A stretch of 64,000 bases of DNA. Origin: a virus. A program made the translations under genes and the position numbers. The notes beneath the pieces are model-generated. The model did not search any database. It saw only the letters and a list, made by a program, of their open reading frames with translations, and had not been told where the DNA came from. Position 1 is the stretch's first letter, and each line of letters starts with the position of its first letter. The DNA lies in the IMG/VR virus record IMGVR_UViG_3300035157_000753, positions 1-64,000 of that record, one strand, 5' to 3'. Below, one piece after another: positions 31,601 to 40,600 of this stretch.

Positions 31601-34600
31601 CGTTAGTAGAAGGAATAGAATCTAATACCTGAACCTTAAAGGTTGTATTGTCAGCATCCCAAATAGTTAACCATCTACCACTAGCAGGATCAGTTGCTCT
31701 AGGATAAGCATGTGTGCCTCCACCTTGAGTGCAAGTGAATACAATAGCACTATCATCAAATTTAACTTGATCACCGTTCACAAAGGCACCTGCACCCCCT
31801 CCATGAGTAATAGTCATAATACCTGTAGCAGGATCATAATCTGCATCTGTTGGGGTATATGAAATAGTATCAGTTCTAGGATAAGACTGGTTGCTAACAC
31901 CACCATTATCACAACTCATCACAATACCACCATCTGCCAACTTGATAGTATCTCCTTTTCTTTGAACACAATTATCTGAAGCAGAAACAAATGTGTGTGC
32001 TTGACCTGTTGCTCCAGTTGCAACATAGAAATTCAATAATATTGTATCATTTGTTACATCAATTACTTGTAACCATGATCTATAGGCAGGATCTGTTACT
32101 CTTGGATAACTATGATTTCCAGCACCAGCAGTACATGTGAATGTTAATGATTCTTTGGCAATCTGAACAAAGTCACCTTTATTGATAGTATGACCTTTGA
32201 TTGTTAATGTCGCTATACCTGTAGCAGGATCATAAGCAATATCAGTTGGAGTGAATGTATCATATCCACGGAACTTATGCCCACCAACAGTTAGATCAAG
32301 ATCTCCATTAGCAAGGTTAAGAGCAGCACCTGTTGGTTGATAATTTACAGTAGGTGATGGTCCAACATTAACTGTGATTGTTGTTCCAGTTGTAGCAGTA
32401 ATATATTGATTAGTCTTAGCAGCTGGATCTGTTACTCTAGGATAGTTGTGTAAAGTAGCACCTAAGCTAGTTAGATTTCCACTAGCAAGAGTACCATCAT
32501 TCTCCATATGACATCTAAACATCAAGGAGTTAACATCAATATTAATACTATTTCCAACCTCAAGACTATGAGATCCAATAGTTAATTGAAGATCTCCAGT
32601 TGTTGCAGTATAGGTAGCTGCCGTTGGAGTAAATGCAACTTCAGGTGATGCACCAACATCAACGGTAAATGTGTCTGAAGTAACGGACTCGACTCCAAGT
32701 ACTGCCTTAGAAGACCTATCACCTGCAGCTGGATATGAATGTCTGGAGAAGTCATCATCCATTGAGCATGTGAATGTCAATGCGTCATCATCAATGCTAA
32801 CGAAGCTAGTTGCATAAAGAATACCATCTGCCAATCCAGAAACGAATGCATGAGTAGTGGTATTAGTACAAGGAGTATCATCCAAACATTGAATATCAAA
32901 TGTATCTGTAGTCACTGCTCTAATTGTAATCCACTTACCGCTAATTGGATCTGTTGAACGTGGGTAAGCACTCTGACCGCCACCACCGTGAGTACAACTC
33001 ATGGTTATAGCACCATCCTTAAGTTTTACTTTATCTCCTGCTTCAAATCCATGTCCAGTAACAGTTATTGTAACAATACCAGTTGATGTATTAAATGCTG
33101 CATCAGTTGCAGTATGAGATGTAGCAGCAGTCAATCCATGGTTATCAACACTCATTGACAAAGCACCTGTAGATGCATTGAATGTAGCTGAGGTTGGTGT
33201 CATTGCCTTCTCTACTGCCTGTCCAATATTAACTTTGAAATTATTTGTAGATACTTCAAATACATTGAGCCAGTTACCTGCAGCAGGATCAGTAGATCTT
33301 GGATATGTGTGATTTGTAGCATATCCATCACGAGAGCACTTGAAGGTTAAACCATCAGTAGCAAACTGAACAAAGTCACCATTAGAAAGACCATGAGCAG
33401 TAGCCCAGACTTCCATTATGCCAGTAGTAGCATCATAATCACAGTATGATGGTTGATACTGATAAGTTGCTAGTGAATCAAATGTATGTGTAGTAGTATT
33501 TGTAGCAGCAGTACCATTTAATGCATTAACAGTAAACGTAGTAGATGTTATAGCATCAACTGGGACATTCTTACCAGAAATAGGATCTGAAGAACGAGGA
33601 TATGAATGAACACCTCCACCATGAGTACAAGTGAAGTTCAATGAGTTATTTGAGAACTTAACTGTAGATGTGGCAATGCTTAGACCAGAAGCAACAGCAG
33701 ATACAAATGAATGAGCATCAGTATTTGTAGAAGGAATTGTATCCAGTACAGTTACATCAAATGTATTAGTTGTTATGTTTGATACTTCTAACCACCTATC
33801 ACTAGCATAGTCAGTACTACGTGGATAATCCTTTTGTGCTGCAGCACCAGAAGCACCACCAAACGCACAACTTAATTTAAGTGAACCATCAGCAAACTTA
33901 ACCTGATCACCTGCCTTTAATCCATGTGCCACTACAGTAACTGTCATAATACCTGTAGTTGGGTTATAGTCAGCATCAGTTACAGTTGTGGTTGTAGGAG
34001 CAGTTAAAGTATGTTCTCCAACAGTTAATTGTAGTACACCTGTACTAGGAGTGTATGCTGCAGCACTAGGTACATATGAATTGGTTAATGGTTTTCCAAT
34101 TGGACTGATTCCTAAGATATCATTTTCTGTATATCCGTTACCTGGGTTGTTTAATACTACATTCTTAACACCACCATCAACAACAACTATATCACCAGTA
34201 GCACCAACACCTGTTCCAATCTTATTGAATAATGGAATGTTAGTATATGTACCATCTGCATATCCTGTACCAGCAGTCAGTCCATCAGGAGTGTCTCTAA
34301 CGGGACTTAGATTAGTATTGACCTGTACAGTAATAGTAGTAGCAGTTTCTGCTGTAATTGCCAAGGTAGCACCAAATGCTTCATCCGATGGTCTTGGATA
34401 AGCATGTGTACTAGCATGATTATCAGCAGCACAAGTGAACTTAAGAGAACTATCAGCAATCTGAATAGTATCACTAGTTGTATAGCTATGAGATCCAATA
34501 GTTAATTCTAAGAGACCAGTAGCAGGAGTATATGCAGCATCTGTTACATTCTTCTGGGTATTACTATCACTAACCACAGTTACAGCATTGGTTACTGTAC

Positions 34601-37600
34601 CACCAACATAGGTATGAGCAGCACTACCAGACATACCAGTATCTAAAGTCTTTATCTCATCTCCAATCTGATCTAATTGGAAGCTAGAAGTATATGATGC
34701 ACGATCATAGTACATTACCAAAGCACTAGAACCTAATTGAGGTGCAGTAGAGAATGTTATAACATCACTAGCAAAAGTATAATTATTTGGATTCTGAACA
34801 ATACCATCAATTATAACTAAGAACTGTGATTTAACAGATGTCTTGTTAATCTTGGTACTAACTGCTGTATTATCAACTCTTGTTGAGAACTGAGTATTAA
34901 CTCCATCAATTCCTACTGTGAATCTATTAATAGCAGCAGTAGATCCAACATTAACAGTAAATGTATCAGTAGTTTCTGCTATAATGTTCAATATCTTTCC
35001 ACCATGACCTATTGGATCTGTTGATCTTGGATATGTGTGGTTAGTTGCATTGTTATCCATTAAACAAGTTAATGTCAATGCATCATCAGCAATAGTGATT
35101 GTATTAGCAGTAGTTAATCCATGTCCAGCACTATGAATTACTAAATTACCATCTGCAGGAGTATATACAACATTTGTTGGGTTAAAGGAACTTCCATTAT
35201 TTGCTTCAATACCATCTGTCTTACAAGAAACAAATGTATGTGTACCTACACTGAGTGAGGATAGTACAACTGTACTACCTCCAAGAGAAGGTTTCAAAGA
35301 TATTGTATTAGCATCAATAACATCAACGTAATATACAGTTCCTGTTGTCAATCCACCAATATCACCTTTAAAGGTAACAGTTTGATTCTCAATCAATCCA
35401 TGATTAGTTAATGTAATTCTATTATTACTTAAATCAACTACACTAGAAGATGCTCCATCAAAGACGATATCTCTAGTTGTAATATCATCAACCTTATATG
35501 AGACACAAGTTAAGATCTTCTGAATATCTAACAACTGTCTACCGAATACTTGAACCTCTGTAGGAACAGCAGCTGTATAATCTGGTTTACCAAGAGCAAA
35601 GTTATTAATAGTTGCCAACTTACCAGTATTCTTAGCAGATGGTTTTGGTGTTACAAATGTAAGACCATTAAAGGTTGAATTAAGACTATTAGTACCAGGA
35701 ACCCACCAATCTGTTGAACTAGTGGTAAGTAAATCAAGAGTAGGTTTACCCCTATAAGATTTCTTAGATGCCTGTGATAGTATCTGTGTACCAACAACTT
35801 TTAACCCTGCAGGGTGAGCAGCAAATTTAAGTGGATTCTTCCAATCTTTAATATTAATAGGTGAAGATATCTCATATGAGAATTCTTGGAACCTATCACT
35901 ATCATATAATCTCTGTTCGTTAATATCTAAGAATCCAGTAGTACGTTCCCACTTAGAAGATGATATACTAATTGGAGAAACTTCAAATACAGCATCTGCT
36001 CTATCAAACGCATGAATCGAACCAAATGATGAAGATTCCTCACCAAATATAGGTTGACCAACTTTAAACTCACCTTCACTAATTTCTACACTAACAACAC
36101 GTCCAGCAGGATCCCAATTCTTAACATATCCAAATGCAGTATATGAAGCTGTAGATGCACCCTGATAAACTCTTTCTCCAACTAAGAATGTTGCAGGTCT
36201 CATATATGCAGTAATAGTATCACCAAGATCAGTAGTATCTAATGTAAAGGTTGTTAATCCATTAGCATCTCCAACTGGAGCAGAAGTGAATGTAATTGTT
36301 GTTGGACTGTTCGCAAGTGCATTTGCTTCAGATGTTGCTAATCTAACTTGATTATCTGCCAATCCATTTGAACCATTAGAAGCAACAACATAATATGTTG
36401 TATTAATTGCCAATGGAGCTGGGAAAGTACCAACTACTTCATTTAAGGTTACTGCAGTACCTGTTGGTATCTTTGTATTGTATGGGAAGTTTAAAGTACT
36501 ATTAGACATCAATGCAACCCAGTTATGAGTTACTCTTGCATTTACAATTGGAGCAGATAAGAATCCTCTACCTCCATTTCTAACCTCTACCGATTGTATA
36601 ACTTCATTCTCAACAATCGCTTCTAATTGATAAAGTGACCCACTTCCACCAGTAAGAACAATTGTTGGTTGTGATACAAAATTAGATCCACCATTAGTAA
36701 CATCAATATAATCAATAACCTGAGTTCTTGTTAATTGAAGATTATAGGTTGTATTTAATTCTGGTTTTAGAGTTCTATCATGACTATAGTTAAATGTAAT
36801 ATTATCTCCACCAATCTTTAATATCTTACCCAAATCGGAAGATTTAAGTAATAAAGAAGCACCCTTTCCTGTTTTCTGTGTAATATTAACTACAGGAGCA
36901 TTCTGATATAATGTTCCACCATCTTCAATATTAATAGCAGAAACACCTTCATTTACAATACTTGAATTGAACTTAGCGTTGATTCCACTACCACCACTAA
37001 CATCTACATTTGGTGCTGATAGATAACCAGATCCAGTATTGGTTACTGTAATAGCATCAATAGATGCATTTAACACACAATTGGTAATCGCTGGATCAAG
37101 ATGTGTAAGTTTATCAACTGTCACAGTAGCATCATGAGTAACATCAGTACCACCCATTGATGCACCAGAAATTGTAATAACGTCACCTAGTGCATATGTA
37201 CTACCACCATCAGTAACGGTAATACTTTCAATAGTTCCTGCACCATTAACAACTACTGTAAACTCAACACCAGTTCCCCCAGTAGGAGCAACACTCTTCT
37301 GAGCAACACCAGTATATGATCCAGTTGTATAATTGGTACTAGACTGTGTAGTAATTGCTACAGTGTTTACTAGTCCATATGTGGGATCATCAAGATCAAT
37401 AGTAGGAGCAGCTCTATAATTAGATCCTGCTGCAATAATATTAACAGATTCTAATTTACCAACATTTGGACCTGAGCTGGGAATAATGGCCTGGACGTTA
37501 GCATGAATTCCACCCACAGTTGTGACCTTACCTTCAGCATCAGAACTATAAACCTTACCTCTAGCATTGTTAGATGTATATGGAGTGTACATGATCCACC

Positions 37601-40600
37601 CTCTAGTTGCTGCACTAAAGTTCCCAGCTCCATCTTTTAGATTATTTCGCAGAGGTTGAATTCTCAATATGGAAGTTGTTGGATCCCAACTAATAACTTT
37701 ACCTCTAGCAGTTTGAGCACCTAGAACTGGTTCTGATATAACAATTTCATCTTTAGCAAACGAACCACTACCTAATACTTCAGTTAGAGTTAAATCTACA
37801 AAATCTGGTAAAGTTACATATGCTACTGGAGCAGATGCAGGATTATAACCAGATCCCATGTTAGCAATAGTAACACCAGATACTGAACCAGAAATAGTAG
37901 CAACTGCAGTTGCACCAGATCCAGATCTAGTAGATCCAGTTAATTTTGGAAGAGATGAGTAGTTTCTTCCCGAATCACCGATAGAAATTTTTCCAATACC
38001 GCCTGTTGGGTATATTGAAGTTGTAACATAAGTAATACCACTTGTATATCCACTTTCAGGTTCTTTTCCACAAATATAAGTGAAATTGAGATCAGTTACA
38101 TCTTTTACAATATTTGTGCCCGATAAAGGCTCATTCATAACTGTAAGGTAACTTCCAGCAATAGTTCCTTGAATATCGAAGTAATAGAAGATTCCAGGAA
38201 GATCTGTCATCAATATAGTGATAGAAGTCTGTTGACCCGTTTGTGCATTCTTTGTTTCCGCAGATATGTTCTTATAAGTGAAAATATCGGTATTTGCGGG
38301 ATCTAGAGTAAATGCAAGTGTTTTTCCAACATTACTTGCATCTGAAGTGTCAAATGTGTAAGAATGCCCGTCAATCAACTCTAACTTGGGTTCTTGGACA
38401 TAAACATCAGCAGAAGTGACTGTAGCGGCAGCTGTAGACCCATGATTGCGTTTTACAGTGAATCTACGAAGAGTTTCCGTTCTAATTACTTCATAATCAG
38501 TTTTATCGTATGCAGATGGAGAAACTCCTGAAATATTAACAGTATCGCCTATTGCAACTTGATGAGCAAGATTTGTATGACATACTGCCTCTCTTAGAGT
38601 CTCAGTTAATGTAATACTGAAACTAGACCCTCCACCATTACCTAAGTTCTGATCACTAGCAGAAATAGTATCTCCAACATTATATGCAGTACCAAAGTCT
38701 GTAATTGTAACTGTGGTGATTGCACCGCCAGAAACGACTATAGTTGCCTTTCCGTTTCTACCACTATTATTAGTAGTTAATGGAACGTCATTATAAGTTC
38801 CATTTGTATATCCAGATCCACCAGTAATACCTGACCATCCACCTTGGACTAAATTACCGTCTGTACGAGTTCTTACGTAAGTCCAAGTCAATGTACCATC
38901 AGATGCTGTCCCTGATAAATGAGTAGGAGCATTTCCTGCACCAGAATCAGATGTACCAGCTGCAGCAGCCTTATAAACTCTATTTGAAACATAAACAAGA
39001 TCATTTTTAGCATATGCAGTACTATTAGTCCAAGGACCAATTAACTTCATGCTTACTAGGTCAAAATACTCAAAATGGTACTTATTATTGATAATTTTAG
39101 TATTAAGAGATCTTGTAGCTGAATTATCAGAAATAGAAACAGTAAGTTGATCATCACCAACCAAATAATGCTTATCTGAAGTTGTTAAAGTCGCAGTAAC
39201 AACATCATCGTCATCTACAGCATAATTTAAGGAAGAAACAACTGCACCACTAACTGCAGAGACAGATGCACTAACACCTTCTCCTCCAGAGGTACTATTA
39301 TCAAATAATAGTCGATCATTAACCTTATAACCAGTACCACCACCTTCTATAAGGTATTCATTGATATTAGAAGAAGAATATTGGTTAGTAGAGGTAACTG
39401 TTAGTGATTCTGCTATTCCACCACGAATTACTGGATAATAACTGAAATATCCAATACCATCTTCAACATATTGAAGAATTTCTCCAGTTTCAAGTGTAAT
39501 AAGAGTTGTAGTGTCTTCTAGTGCTAAAACGAAGTCAACTTTGTTATCAAGTTGCTTTCTCTTAGTGGTTATGTTGTCAGTTCCGATATATGGTGCTTTA
39601 TACCTAATTGCGTCTTCTGTAAAGTTTTTCTGAAGACCATTTCCGTCCCAGTTGACTTCATCCGCTTCTGAGTAGAAATTTGGTCCTACAAAATATGGAA
39701 ATTTCGGATTTCCACTGATTCCATCAATTGTACAGAAATATGCATAAACTCCATCTGGAAATTCTGGAGTTACGCAGAATCTACCATTATATTGGTCTAA
39801 ACCGCCTAATCCCTCTACATATTCATAATCTTCGATAAAGGTTCCCATAGGGTCGCTTAGACCGCTTAGAAGAGCATCCCTAGTTGTCTTCAATCGGTAG
39901 CTTGTACCAGGTTGCTTATATGAATTGTATGGATTCTGATTTTCAGGATCTTCATACCCATAAGGTCCATATATGGGGTGTCCATCGTATGCCCAACCTA
40001 TAATCGGTGAATGTTTAGTTGGAGTTAGCTCTTTCCATGGTGGATTATTAGGATCCGTGTCAGGTTCAATATTATCAGCTAAGTAATACCTAAGATTCTT
40101 AGGATTATACAAATATCCATACTCTCCACCATATATTCCAATATTCTCACCTACCATCACTGCTCCACTAGCCTGATCAGTCACTTTCCTTGCATTGAAG
40201 TTTACTTGACCAACTTCTGTAGCAGTTGCTGATTCGTTATAGGTTAATTCTGTTAATTTGGTTGTAAATGAAGCACCAGTTCCAGGATATACAATACTAA
40301 TGCTTGTATTACCTATAGTGTATCCAATTCCTTTATTTGTTACGACAATACCAGTAACAATGTTCTGTGATAAGTCTACTTGAGCAAATGCAGTAGCACC
40401 AACTCCATCTCCAGTGATAACAACGTCTGGAGCACCAAAATACCCACTACCACCAAAAGTTACGATAGCACTCTCTATCTTTCCATTCAAGATTGATGGA
40501 TAAGCAACAGCACCACTACCAGAGATCAATTTAATAATCGGTTCGTATGTATACTGCGATCCAGCATTAGTAATAGTAATATCCTTAAGAGGTCCACGTA

